Below are positions 55,099 to 64,000 of a DNA stretch of 64,000 nt, one piece after another (positions within the stretch are counted from its first letter, which is position 1; each line of letters opens with the position of its first letter). The stretch is taken from positions 18,304-82,303 of the forward strand of contig CAMDGV010000001.1 in NCBI GenBank assembly GCA_945898055.1, in the 5' to 3' direction. This DNA comes from Akkermansia muciniphila. GTDB lineage: Bacteria > Verrucomicrobiota > Verrucomicrobiia > Limisphaerales > UBA9464. The notes beneath the pieces are model-generated. The model was not told where the DNA came from and searched no databases. It was given only the letters and a program-made list of their open reading frames with translations. Both the position numbers and the translations under genes were made by a program.

Positions 55099-55154
55099 TA
55101 AAATTGAAAAAAGGAGGTCCGTTAGAGGCGGTCCTTTTAATTCTTTCGTACCCT

Positions 55155-55928
55155 ATGCTCGCCCGCCGTATTATTCCTTGCTTGGATGTTCATGATGGTA
55201 AAGTGACTCGTGGAGTGCAGTTCGGGCGCGCTGAAAATGGGGAACTCCGGTGTGTCGGTGATCCAGTCGAACTCGCTGTTCGGTACAACGAGCAGGGGGC
55301 CGATGAAATGGTCTTCTTTGACATCACCGCAAGTGCCCACGGCCGGCAGTCGATGCTTGAGGTCATTGAACGTGCAGCCGATCAGTGTTTCATGCCGCTC
55401 ACGGTAGGAGGGGGGATTCGGACATTGGAAGATATGGGGCAAATGCTACGTGCTGGTGCCGATAAGGTGAGTATCAATTCCAGCGCCGTAACTGATCCGG
55501 ATCTGATCCGTTCGGGTGCCGAAAAATACGGAAGTCAGTGCATTGTTGTCTCCATCGACACTAAACGGACTGCGCCAGGAAAATGGGAGGTATTTACCGC
55601 CGGCGGGCGTAAACCCACCGGATTGCAGGCGCTGGATTGGGCCGTCCGGGTCTGCAAACTCGGGGCCGGCGAAATTGTTCTTAATTCAATTGATGCCGAC
55701 GGCACCAAGGCGGGTTTTGATTTAGATATCACCCGCCAAATTGCCGATGCGGTAGGTGTCCCAGTGGTGGCCAGCGGCGGCGCAGGGACATTAGATCATC
55801 TGGCCGAGGTTCTTCTTGAAGGCCACGCGGACGCGGTCTTGGCGGCGAGCATTTTCCACTTTGGCACCTACACCGTGCAACAGGCCAAGGAGTATTTGCG
55901 GGCGCAGGGAATCCCTGTCCGACTCTAG
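55155..55928 (+). CDS. hisF: imidazole glycerol phosphate synthase cyclase subunit
   Basis: [23 protein letters not shown]... and a full-length HisF pattern. The start is at ATG 55155. Confidence 0.9.
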   Translation: MLARRIIPCLDVHDGKVTRGVQFGRAENGELRCVGDPVELAVRYNEQGADEMVFFDITASAHGRQSMLEVIERAADQCFMPLTVGGGIRTLEDMGQMLRAGADKVSINSSAVTDPDLIRSGAEKYGSQCIVVSIDTKRTAPGKWEVFTAGGRKPTGLQALDWAVRVCKLGAGEIVLNSIDADGTKAGFDLDITRQIADAVGVPVVASGGAGTLDHLAEVLLEGHADAVLAASIFHFGTYTVQQAKEYLRAQGIPVRL

Positions 55929-56133
55929 TTCACGGTTTTAGCGTGACCCGCATTCGAAGTCATGCCGAGGAAATGAGTGGATTCCCCTTCATCTCGAAAA
56001 ATGACGCAATTTTTTCTACGGACTCCCCTAAACGGTAGACTTGTCCATTTGTCTTAGTCATTCTTAACCAACCACCTAGGTAAGAGATAAAAATAAGTTA
56101 CCAGATTAGCCCACCTCTTATTACCGCTTCTTT

Positions 56134-58584
56134 ATGATTGAGAAACCTCTTTTGAGACAGTGTCTGACCGGGGGGGCCTGTTTAGGCCTCTCTCTCGGGT
56201 CAATATCGGCGACGGTTCGGGCCGAAAATAGTCCCTCGAATGCACCGCCTGCTCTGATCGAAAAGGCCATTGTCGAAGGATTACCGCTCGATCAAACGAT
56301 CCTTCCAACGGCGCGCTACGTCGAATCCGTTTTTGGTGACGATCGGAGTCTTTTGGACACTCCCCGATCGGTGTCAATCGTCACCAAGGCTCAAATGGAG
56401 GCGAGAGCCATCACTCGTGCCACTGACTTTAATCAGTACTCACCCGGGGTTTATACTCCGTCCCGTTACGGTTTAGCGAATGTTCCCGTGATCCGTGGTG
56501 ATCTCGGGGAGATTTATCAAAATGGTCAACGAACGATCTATAGCCGTAATTCTGTTCTGGCCAGCTTCAACGGGGTGGAAGCTATGGATATCGTTAAAGG
56601 GCCAGGCTCTGCGGTCTATGGTCCCCAGGGAAATGGTCCCGGTGGCTATGTCAATTTTGTCACCAAAGTTCCCTATTTTGATGGCTTTCATGGAGATATT
56701 ATCAGTCGCTGGGGAAGTTATCTTCCAGGTGGACAGAGTTACTTCAACCCAGAATGGGTGATGGACGTCGGCGGGCCCGTTAATGAACAACTCGCTTGGC
56801 GGGTCAGTTACTTGGGACGCGAAGCGGAGGGATATTATCGAAACACCAAAGATAACACGCAGGATATTTTTGGAGCTCTCACTTGGCGCCCCAACGAAGT
56901 ATTGACTGTCGACTGGAATGTTCAGTTCTTTACCTCCCGTTTCAATGAAGTCGTTGGGATTAATCGGGTAACACAAGAGTTGATCGACGATTGGCTCTAC
57001 ATTGCTGGACCGGTAAAACCCATCAATCGCTGGGGTGATCCGCTGAACTCGATCGGTGCGTTTGGACTGAATGCAAATTTTGCTCTTCTCGATCCAACTC
57101 AAGCCCAGCGGGTTCATATTTATCCTTGGCAGACCATCAATTCTCCGAGCGACAGCGCTGCTGGAAAGAAAGTCTCTTCTCAGTTAATCTCGACTTATCA
57201 GCTCAACGATTTTGGTAAAATAGTTAATCGAGCTTACGGGGAGTCTCAGGAATCCCGCAAATCATCTGGATACGGCTACACGGAGTGGGTGCCGGAGAAT
57301 TGGATGGTAAATAACCGATCTGAAATGCACTACGAGGTCGCTCCGAGTCTGGGCACTTGGGAGCTTCCAATCAAGACGGTGAGCGGAGTCGATCTTCGGT
57401 ATTCATCGTTAGTTTCTTATCAGGATTTCTCAGTTGAACCTCTCTTTATATACGATGCCACTCAGCCGTCTTCCGGTTTCCATTTGCCCTTCAATCCACT
57501 CATCACAACTTTAGGTGGAAGTCAGGTCCTCGTTCCAGGGGCACCAAACCAAGGATCAAATTACTACTTTGGTACCGGTGATCAAAATACCGAAATTTTA
57601 CAGACAGGGCTCTTCTCCCAGTGGGATTTTAAGTTGCATGATAAATTCTCGATTATTGCTGGAGGTCGAGGGGATTATATTGATGCCTCCGCCCGAAGTC
57701 CAAAGGCGTGGGTCAGCGGTACACTAAAACCATCAGGTGATCGTTATCAGTCTCAGTCGGATATTTTTAATACCTCGGTCTTTATTAGCGGCATCTACAA
57801 ATGGGTGCCAACTGTCTCCTCCTATATTACCTACAATCGCGTCAATGCGATCCAAGGTAATGCGAACTTTGGAGGCGTCGACGGGACTCAAGGGCGGGCG
57901 GGTCTCCAGCGCTCTCTCTCCACGGAAAGTGAACTTTTCGAAATTGGATCTAAAGCCAGTTTGCTCGATAATAAGGTATTCGTCAGCGGTACACTCTTCG
58001 ACCAAATTCGAGTTGCTCCTCAATTGGTTGGTAAACCCGTTGGTATCGAAACCAAAGGGATTGAATTGGAAGCCTTTTATCAACCGGACAAAAATTTTAA
58101 CGCTAGCGCCAATTTTACATTTCAAGACGCCGTAGTGGACTCCAAACCAGGACAGCAAACAGGTAACTATTTGGATGGCTATCCGACCGGATTCATCGTC
58201 GATGGTCAGTCAGGTACTGGGCAAGGGAGCCCAAATTACGCCTATTCTTCAGTTCCTGGAAAAATTCGAGCCGCCTCCGTTCCTAGGATTCTTTTTAATG
58301 CGTACCTGACTTACCAATTTGACAATGGATTTGGTGGGAGTATGGGGCCTCAGGTCATGGGATCTCAGTGGCAGAATCAAAATGGGTCCCTGATAATTCC
58401 AGCACAATACGTCATCAATGCCTTTCTCTTTTATAAGCAACCAAAATGGGATGTGCAGATCAATTTTCTTAATCTAACGGATGAACGTAACTGGACCTCA
58501 ATTGACCCTAGTTTCGCGGGGAATGATGTGATTTATCCCGAACAACCCTTTCGGATTAGTGGTCAGATTCGCTACAAATTCTGA
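56134..58584 (+). CDS. TonB-dependent outer-membrane receptor
   Basis: Signal peptide, plug domain (SVSIVTKAQMEARAITRATD...VPVIRGD) and a long beta-barrel ending in ...RYKF. Confidence 0.85.
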   Translation: MIEKPLLRQCLTGGACLGLSLGSISATVRAENSPSNAPPALIEKAIVEGLPLDQTILPTARYVESVFGDDRSLLDTPRSVSIVTKAQMEARAITRATDFNQYSPGVYTPSRYGLANVPVIRGDLGEIYQNGQRTIYSRNSVLASFNGVEAMDIVKGPGSAVYGPQGNGPGGYVNFVTKVPYFDGFHGDIISRWGSYLPGGQSYFNPEWVMDVGGPVNEQLAWRVSYLGREAEGYYRNTKDNTQDIFGALTWRPNEVLTVDWNVQFFTSRFNEVVGINRVTQELIDDWLYIAGPVKPINRWGDPLNSIGAFGLNANFALLDPTQAQRVHIYPWQTINSPSDSAAGKKVSSQLISTYQLNDFGKIVNRAYGESQESRKSSGYGYTEWVPENWMVNNRSEMHYEVAPSLGTWELPIKTVSGVDLRYSSLVSYQDFSVEPLFIYDATQPSSGFHLPFNPLITTLGGSQVLVPGAPNQGSNYYFGTGDQNTEILQTGLFSQWDFKLHDKFSIIAGGRGDYIDASARSPKAWVSGTLKPSGDRYQSQSDIFNTSVFISGIYKWVPTVSSYITYNRVNAIQGNANFGGVDGTQGRAGLQRSLSTESELFEIGSKASLLDNKVFVSGTLFDQIRVAPQLVGKPVGIETKGIELEAFYQPDKNFNASANFTFQDAVVDSKPGQQTGNYLDGYPTGFIVDGQSGTGQGSPNYAYSSVPGKIRAASVPRILFNAYLTYQFDNGFGGSMGPQVMGSQWQNQNGSLIIPAQYVINAFLFYKQPKWDVQINFLNLTDERNWTSIDPSFAGNDVIYPEQPFRISGQIRYKF

Positions 58585-58626
58585 GCGAAATTATTGATAG
58601 GGAAAGTGGCGAGTGGCGGGAGCACC

Positions 58627-58664
58627 TTGGGCTATTGGGCTATTGGGCTATTGGGCTATTGGCT
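58627..58664 (+). repeat. 8-nt tandem repeat (TTGGGCTA x4 plus a partial copy)
   Basis: TTGGGCTATTGGGCTATTGGGCTATTGGGCTATTGGCT starts 43 nt after the receptor stop. Confidence 0.9.
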
Positions 58665-58699
58665 GGGTTGCAAACACGACGGCGAATCCGTCGTCCCAA

Positions 58700-59100
58700 C
58701 TGCCGGGCCAACGGATGTCGGCCGCAAGCCGGTGGTCCCGAGCAACCAGAGCAATCCGTTACCCACGATGTTTGGTGATTTATGGGGCTTCCGAGACTGG
58801 CGCGAAGTCCAATCATCTGGAGCGGATCAGAGAGCAGATCAAGCAAGGTGCCGAGGTTAACACCCCAATCGGCTTCAACCGACTGCTCCGTCAGGGGGAG
58901 ATCCCATCATTATCGTCTCGCAGAACTGCTGCTTGGCCGGGGGCGGGTGCGCGCAGCGGGGCCAAAGGGATAGGCTCAAGCTTCTTTTGGCCAACGGAGC
59001 AAGGGTTCATGGAGGAGAGCTGACCAAAGCCGCTTTCGCCTGAAATCAGACCGAATCTCTGGTCAGGGTCAGGGCCTTGCGACCTCTTCATTTTTACCTG
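58700..59100 (+). pseudogene. decayed ankyrin-repeat gene (several frameshifts)
   Basis: Ankyrin-like pieces are split over three frames: ...ASETGAKSNHLERIREQIKQGAEVNTP..., ...LAELLLGRG..., and ...LKLLLANGARVHGG.... No single ORF covers them. Confidence 0.35.
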
Positions 59101-59385
59101 CACGGGGCGAAGAGGAGGCGGCACCTCAAACCACGATGGAGTGGTTCTTAACACAGGGAAGGATTGAGACTGCATTTTGAATAGAGGCTGTCTATGCGAG
59201 CTTTATAGATTTTTTCATTCTTTTATTGACGAATTAAAACAGGTAACCCATTGTTGTCTCGTTCTTTGCAGGGGGCTTAATATTTTGGTCAGGTTTTAAT
59301 ATCCTGGCTTTTCGTTTTCCGAGACGTCGTTGTTCACCTTCTCGGGATCTCTACATAGTCCCCATGAACTGTTTCTGATTATTCC

Positions 59386-59430
59386 CCGGAGCGTACAGTC
59401 ATCCCCTGACTGGCGCTCCGGTTTTTATTT
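59386..59430 (+). terminator. strong rho-independent terminator (hairpin 1)
   Basis: CCGGAGCG-TA-CAGTCA-TCCCC-TGACTG-G-CGCTCCGG forms an 8+6 bp stem, followed by TTTTTATTT. Confidence 0.65.
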
Positions 59431-59468
59431 GCTCCCCCGCCGGGACCCGGTGGGGGAGCTTTCTTTGG
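59431..59468 (+). terminator. second tandem terminator-like hairpin
   Basis: GCTCCCCCGCCGGGACCCGGTGGGGGAGC (outer 8 bp perfect, with inner CCGGG/CCCGG), followed by TTTCTTTGG. Confidence 0.5.
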
Positions 59469-59605
59469 TGGCTCAATGAAGTAAAAAAATCGCGTTTGTT
59501 CTTCAAGAAGGGTGGTGAGTGGGTGCGGAAAAGTGAGAGACAATTTTTAGCTCAACGCGGCTCACTCTTTACCTGACCGGATTGTTTCCTTCATAATGGG
59601 TCCTC

Positions 59606-60727
59606 TTGACACTTCTTAAGACCTTAATTTTAAGTTGGCTTATTGGGAGTCTGCTTAGCACGGCTTCGCTGCTGGCCACCTCTAAAACCAATCTGCCTCC
59701 ACGGGCTAAAGTCTTTGTCGCTGGGGATTCTCGTGCAACAACCGCTTTCCTCACCGATGCCGCGGTGGTTCGTCGGTTGGTGGTGTCGGGTTTGGTTGCT
59801 TTTTCGGGCAAGGACTCTCCTTCGAAGGCGTGGCGTTCCTTGGTTCGATCGAATGAGGTCGTTGGTTTTAAAGTAACCTCGGCCCCTGGGGCACTGATTG
59901 GGACACGTATCGACGTGGTTGACGCTTTGGTCTCAACCCTGATTGACGCGGGGCATCCCAAATCAAACATCGTGATTTGGGATCGAGGTTCTAAAGAGCT
60001 TCAGTCGTCTGGGTTCGTGGATTTAGCGGGTCGTTTGGGAGTTCAAACCGCAGCTACGACCGATTTTGGATGGGATTCGACTCAGTTTTACGAGTCTGGA
60101 TGGAGCGGGAAGTTGGTCTTTGGTGATTTGGAATTTGAGTCGAGTCTTGGGATAAATATTCCAAAGATCTTTGAATCTCTACCTGCTTCGAATTTGCAGC
60201 AAAATGGGTTGGAATCGAGTCCTAGGGACCGAATTAGTTTAGGGCGTAGGTCCCATGTTTCTCTTCTTTTAACTCGTAAATTGAGCCGAATTATTACTGT
60301 TGCCCCAGTGATGACCCACAATGCAGCAGGAATTAACGGTCACCTTGTTTCCCTGGCATTTGGGGCCTTCGACAATGTGTTCCGTTTTGATGGAGAACCC
60401 CATCGCACGGCGGAATCTGTACCGGAGTTATGTGCTTTGGATGATCTGATGCCCAAGGTTATTTTCGGAGTGTCGGATGCTCTGATTGCGCAGGTTCGGG
60501 GTGAAAAAATAGTCAGGCTGCACGAGACGCTTGCGCTTAATGAAATTCGTTTCAGTGCCGATTTAGTCGCACTCGACTGCTTGGCTTTAGCTGATATTGA
60601 GGCAGCTCGAAGTAAACAACAGCTTGATGGGGAGAAGCCTTTTAAAACGGAGCTTTATGGTAATGCGGAGCTTCTAAATCTCGGGGTTGCGGATCCTCAC
60701 CGAATTGATGTGATCCGAGTTCCATGA
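59606..60727 (+). CDS. DUF362-like protein with signal peptide
   Basis: 373 aa with a TTG start and signal-like N-terminus. ...VVGFKVTSAPGALIGTRIDVVDALVSTLIDAGHPKSNIVIWDR fits the DUF362 core pattern (VGIKvN...t.p.vv.alv..l...G...I.i.D). Confidence 0.5.
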   Translation: MTLLKTLILSWLIGSLLSTASLLATSKTNLPPRAKVFVAGDSRATTAFLTDAAVVRRLVVSGLVAFSGKDSPSKAWRSLVRSNEVVGFKVTSAPGALIGTRIDVVDALVSTLIDAGHPKSNIVIWDRGSKELQSSGFVDLAGRLGVQTAATTDFGWDSTQFYESGWSGKLVFGDLEFESSLGINIPKIFESLPASNLQQNGLESSPRDRISLGRRSHVSLLLTRKLSRIITVAPVMTHNAAGINGHLVSLAFGAFDNVFRFDGEPHRTAESVPELCALDDLMPKVIFGVSDALIAQVRGEKIVRLHETLALNEIRFSADLVALDCLALADIEAARSKQQLDGEKPFKTELYGNAELLNLGVADPHRIDVIRVP

Positions 60728-61233
60728 GGACAGATTCCCTAGTTCTTCGGAGGGCTACGGACAAAGATATTCCACTCATTCGAAGTTTAGCTGAACAGAT
60801 TTGGCGGGTGAGTTATTCGGGAATGATTTCTGAAGGTCAAATCGGGTATATGTTGGAGTGGATGTATTCGGTGGCGCGTTTAGGAGACGACTTCAGAGGG
60901 GGGGTTCGATATGAAATTGTCAGTCAGCAGGGGATGACGATCGGTTATTTGGCGACGGCGACGACAGAAGCGGCAGTGGTGTTGCACTTGCATAAGTTGT
61001 ATTTACTACCGGAAAAGCAGGGCTGCGGTCTGGGACACCTCCTTTTGGCCCATACAGAAACTCTGGCGCGACAGCAGGGTTGCGAGGTGATCGAGTTGAG
61101 GGTGAATAAAGAGAATGCTCGGGCTCTTCGAGCCTACTACCGTGCTGGATTTACATGGGTAGAATCGGTGGTGGTCGAGATTGGAGGGGGCTATGTGATG
61201 GATGATTTTATTTTAAGAAAGAAGGTTGGCTAA
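60724..61233 (+). CDS. GNAT-family N-acetyltransferase
   Basis: 169 aa. LLPEKQGCGLGHLLLAHTETLARQQG (acetyl-CoA-binding Q/R-x-x-G-x-G/A). The ATG overlaps the upstream stop (ATGA). Confidence 0.75.
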   Translation: MRTDSLVLRRATDKDIPLIRSLAEQIWRVSYSGMISEGQIGYMLEWMYSVARLGDDFRGGVRYEIVSQQGMTIGYLATATTEAAVVLHLHKLYLLPEKQGCGLGHLLLAHTETLARQQGCEVIELRVNKENARALRAYYRAGFTWVESVVVEIGGGYVMDDFILRKKVG

Positions 61234-61421
61234 AGCGGTTGGCTCAGAATTGAGCTAAGGAAGTGAGGGGTCATTGATGGGGGACGAAATATTCATGAAG
61301 AGAGTTCAACGTTTGCCAGTGCTTGACCGTTGATCGTTCAGGGTATTTTGGCTCACACTCGACTCCGGCGTCATGAGAGGGTTTGACGTTTAATACTCAC
61401 TTTGTCGTGATACGTTTTGAA

Positions 61422-64000
61422 ATGTCGCCTGAACCAGGTAACCGCGCGGTGCGGCACGCTGGGGATTTTGTTACAATCCATCTTCGACCGGTTGGCGGGC
61501 GAGTGCCTCAAGATTGGCTGGGGCGATTGCGAACCCATATTGGACGGGTTGACCGGATACGGGGGGAAATCGTGCGTTCACATTTTCAGAAACTTCCCTT
61601 GGCAGGATCCGCTTGGAGGGACCTACCGATGGAGGACCATCCAGAAGGGGGATGGGTGGTCACGCTGCCTTTGACCGAGGTTGGTTTCTTCAAGTTTAAG
61701 GCCTACGCATTAGCCCCGTGCGGAACCCAGTATTGGCCGACTGGAGTCGACGCGGCGATCAGCGTGCATCCGTCGTGGACCCGTTCGGTTAACACTTTGT
61801 ACTGTGCTTTCCCGCGCATGTTTGGAAGGTGGTCTAAAGGGCGAGTTTCAACCTATGAAGAGCATCAGACGCAAACTCTAAAAGACTTAGATACGGCTGG
61901 TTTCACCGTCATACCGCCGAGTGGTACCTTACGTGATTTGATTGCTGAGTTACCGCATATTATCGATAACTTGGGATGCCGTATGGTGCATTTGCTTCCG
62001 GTGAGTTCGGTGCCAACGACCTTTGCTCGATTTGGACGTTTTGGTTCACCGTACGCGGTCCAGCACTTAACCTCGATTGACCCCGCTCTTGTCGAATTTG
62101 ATAAACGTTCCAATGGAGTGGCGCAGTTCGAGGAGTTGGCCTATGCCATCCATGCCCGCGGGGGGAGACTGATGTTGGATTTAGTCATCAACCACACTGG
62201 ATGGGGGAGTGTGGAATGGGAGAAACATCCCGAGTGGTTTCTGAAGAAAGCGGATGGAGAATTTGAATCACCGGGAGCTTGGGATGTTATATGGGAAGAT
62301 TTGGTCGAAATGGACCAGCGGAATGGAGCTCTGTGGGATTATTTAGCCGGGGTCTTTCTGATTTGGTGCCGCCGAGGTGTGGATGGCTTCCGGTGTGATG
62401 CCGGCTACAAAGTGCCTTCTCATGTGTGGCAATTTATTACATCCAAGGTTCGCTTGGAATTTCCAGATACCCTTTTCCTTCTGGAGGGTTTGGGCGGGCC
62501 TTGGACCGCCACCGATGCCTGTCTTGCGGAGGGCGGAATGCAATGGGCTTACAGTGAGCTTTTTCAGAATCACGGCGGCGCTGCCATCGGGGGGTACTTG
62601 GATCATCACCTTCGCGCCAGTTGCACGGTAGGCACTTTGATTCATTATAGCGAAACCCACGACAATGCTCGATTGGCGTCAGAAGGCGGAATTCCCGGCC
62701 AACCAGCCACGGCAGAGGGCCGGCGTTGGTCGCTCTTTCGCAATCGTTTGGCTGCCTTGACCAGTATTGGGGGTGGCTTCGGTTTCACTTGCGGCGTGGA
62801 ATGGTGCGCAACGGAGCAAATTAACGTACACAGTAGTCGTGGGCTGGCTTGGGGCTCGATCGGTAATCTGGTAACGGAACTTGCCGCGTTGAACCGGTTA
62901 TTGCTTGAGAATCCCTGTTTTCATGGAGGCGCTCGATTGGAAAGGCTGAGTCTGATTGGTTCGCCGATCTACGCCTTGTACCGCGAGTCTGAAGATGGAC
63001 TGAATCGGTGCTTGGTGTTGGTAAATATGGATTTTCTGAAATCGAATGCGATTTCTTTACCAGCAAGCGTTTGGTCAGGTTGGGGGGGAGTCATCCAAGA
63101 CCTTCTCAAGCCGGGTTCGCCCGAGGTGCCGTCGGTTGGCTCATTGAATTCGGAGGCTGAGAGACTCTTTACGCTGGAACCCGGAGGCGTTCTTTGTTTA
63201 GCCCCAACGCAGAAGATCATTGGGATATCAGGAAAAGAATTAGTGGAGTCACGATTGAGGGCTGACTGGGGTTATGTTTGTTGGGGTAAAGTGTCAGCGG
63301 AAGGAGGACCCGCCATTTCTTGGCAGGCGCTCGCCGAGTGGATTGACGAAGATCCAGAAGCCTTTTTGGCCGCGTCTTTGGCGTCAAAAGGTACAACCGC
63401 AGAATCGTATCGGCCGGTTATTAGTTGGAGGCCTTCGGACTGCACCCGGATAACATCCGTGCCGCCTAGCCATTGGGTCTTGGTGATCGATACCGTTCCC
63501 TTTCGTGCGACCTTGTCCCAGGCTGGAGTCCAACCGGCGCGGCACGCTGTCTCCCTCTCGACCACTGTGGGGCAGCTCGTGGCGTTTGCTCCGAGCGATT
63601 TGACTGGGGACGCTGTGCTTCTGCTGGAGCGGTATGGAGTGGAGCAGAAGAGAGTGACGGCGACGTTGCGATTTTTGAAAGCGGGACCGGATTTGAGGAA
63701 ACCAACCGAGTCCGTAGAATCGAATACTGCCTTAGTTTTACTAACCAACGGACGCGGTGGGATGGCGCGACTTGGTGTGGATCTCGGCCGAATCCAGTCG
63801 AAGTACGATTGTTTGTTGGCGGCAAATCTCCATGCGACAGTGCCGGTGGATCGCCATGTTTTTGCCAAGCGGATGCGGGCATGGATCAACGCAGACGGGT
63901 TTATTTCACCTTTGGATGCGGTCAATCTTGTGACATTCGAAGCAGGCCCGCCCGCGCAGTGGCGTTTCATTGCCAACGCTGGCGATGGCCGCAGGGTGGC
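61422..64000 (+). CDS. GH13 alpha-amylase-family catalytic domain fused to a glycogen-debranching (GDE)-like domain, partial (3' end beyond window)
   Basis: Not in the ORF track because there is no stop before the window end. From ATG 61422 it reads MSPEPGNRAVRHAGDFVTIHL.... The GH13 regions are LDLVINHTG, GVDGFRCDAGYKVP, FLLEGLGG and YSETHDN. From about 63.7 kb, LLTNGRGGMARL...YDCLLAANL resembles the start of a debranching-enzyme domain. Confidence 0.8.
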   Translation, partial: MSPEPGNRAVRHAGDFVTIHLRPVGGRVPQDWLGRLRTHIGRVDRIRGEIVRSHFQKLPLAGSAWRDLPMEDHPEGGWVVTLPLTEVGFFKFKAYALAPCGTQYWPTGVDAAISVHPSWTRSVNTLYCAFPRMFGRWSKGRVSTYEEHQTQTLKDLDTAGFTVIPPSGTLRDLIAELPHIIDNLGCRMVHLLPVSSVPTTFARFGRFGSPYAVQHLTSIDPALVEFDKRSNGVAQFEELAYAIHARGGRLMLDLVINHTGWGSVEWEKHPEWFLKKADGEFESPGAWDVIWEDLVEMDQRNGALWDYLAGVFLIWCRRGVDGFRCDAGYKVPSHVWQFITSKVRLEFPDTLFLLEGLGGPWTATDACLAEGGMQWAYSELFQNHGGAAIGGYLDHHLRASCTVGTLIHYSETHDNARLASEGGIPGQPATAEGRRWSLFRNRLAALTSIGGGFGFTCGVEWCATEQINVHSSRGLAWGSIGNLVTELAALNRLLLENPCFHGGARLERLSLIGSPIYALYRESEDGLNRCLVLVNMDFLKSNAISLPASVWSGWGGVIQDLLKPGSPEVPSVGSLNSEAERLFTLEPGGVLCLAPTQKIIGISGKELVESRLRADWGYVCWGKVSAEGGPAISWQALAEWIDEDPEAFLAASLASKGTTAESYRPVISWRPSDCTRITSVPPSHWVLVIDTVPFRATLSQAGVQPARHAVSLSTTVGQLVAFAPSDLTGDAVLLLERYGVEQKRVTATLRFLKAGPDLRKPTESVESNTALVLLTNGRGGMARLGVDLGRIQSKYDCLLAANLHATVPVDRHVFAKRMRAWINADGFISPLDAVNLVTFEAGPPAQWRFIANAGDGRRV

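Noticed and set aside
55929-56133. A cobalamin or other riboswitch upstream of the TonB-dependent receptor.
   Set aside because: I could not find a B12-box-like element or a convincing conserved stem architecture by eye. This needs a covariance-model scan before any claim.
63272-63976. Minus-strand ORFs of 234 aa and 138 aa (63466..63882).
   Set aside because: They are antisense to the continuous GH13/GDE-like frame that runs off the window. Their translations are Arg/Ser/Pro-rich and motif-free.

Overview
The gene content points to a bacterium of the PVC superphylum (Verrucomicrobiota/Planctomycetota-type). Typical families are DUF1501, tandem DUF1080, an SGNH/beta-propeller 'membrane-bound dehydrogenase' protein next to a HEAT/azurin-like/cytochrome c protein, a Tat-signal Gfo/Idh/MocA oxidoreductase and a sulfatase. 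Most of the window is ordinary core metabolism scattered as single genes: accA (partial), ilvD, aroC, mnmA, apbE, a leuC-like gene, bioD, hisF, a cysteine desulfurase, an MsbA-like ABC exporter, a TonB-dependent receptor and a partial GH13/debranching enzyme. The exception is about 14.25-25.05 kb, between ilvD and an M50 protease gene, which is a compositionally mosaic accessory island. It holds three toxin-antitoxin-type modules: parDE, vapBC, and a PIN-like pair with an early nonsense codon. It holds three co-oriented copies of a ~0.73-kb unit with 27-bp inverted ends. That unit encodes a Y1/HUH (IS200/RAYT-like) transposase homologue that appears to lack the expected His and Tyr residues. 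The island also holds an ISKra4-like transposase fragment and a dispersed ~35-40-nt repeat. Of the six clear repeat copies, four sit upstream of start codons in one polarity and two form a MITE-like inverted pair. A perfect 43-bp direct repeat duplicates the 3' end of an esterase gene around a 171-nt GGGGACAG-rich insert. Two AT-rich foreign genes are present: an orphan secreted protein and a DUF2652 gene with one in-frame TGA. I could assign no described element type to the unit-cargo-unit arrangement, and it is my best candidate for something new, though much of it is visibly decaying. I found no rRNA, tRNA or CRISPR array. Secondary points of interest:
- A tightly overlapped DHS-fold/PfkB/ApbE/metallophosphoesterase gene string.
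- An isolated AT-rich O-antigen-ligase-like gene with ~0.5-kb ORF-free flanks.
- A small Lys-rich winged-helix-like protein.
- A decayed ankyrin-like region with an 8-mer tandem repeat.
- Two strong orphan terminators that could close a small RNA.

All family assignments rest on motifs read by eye and on remembered family consensus. No database search was run.
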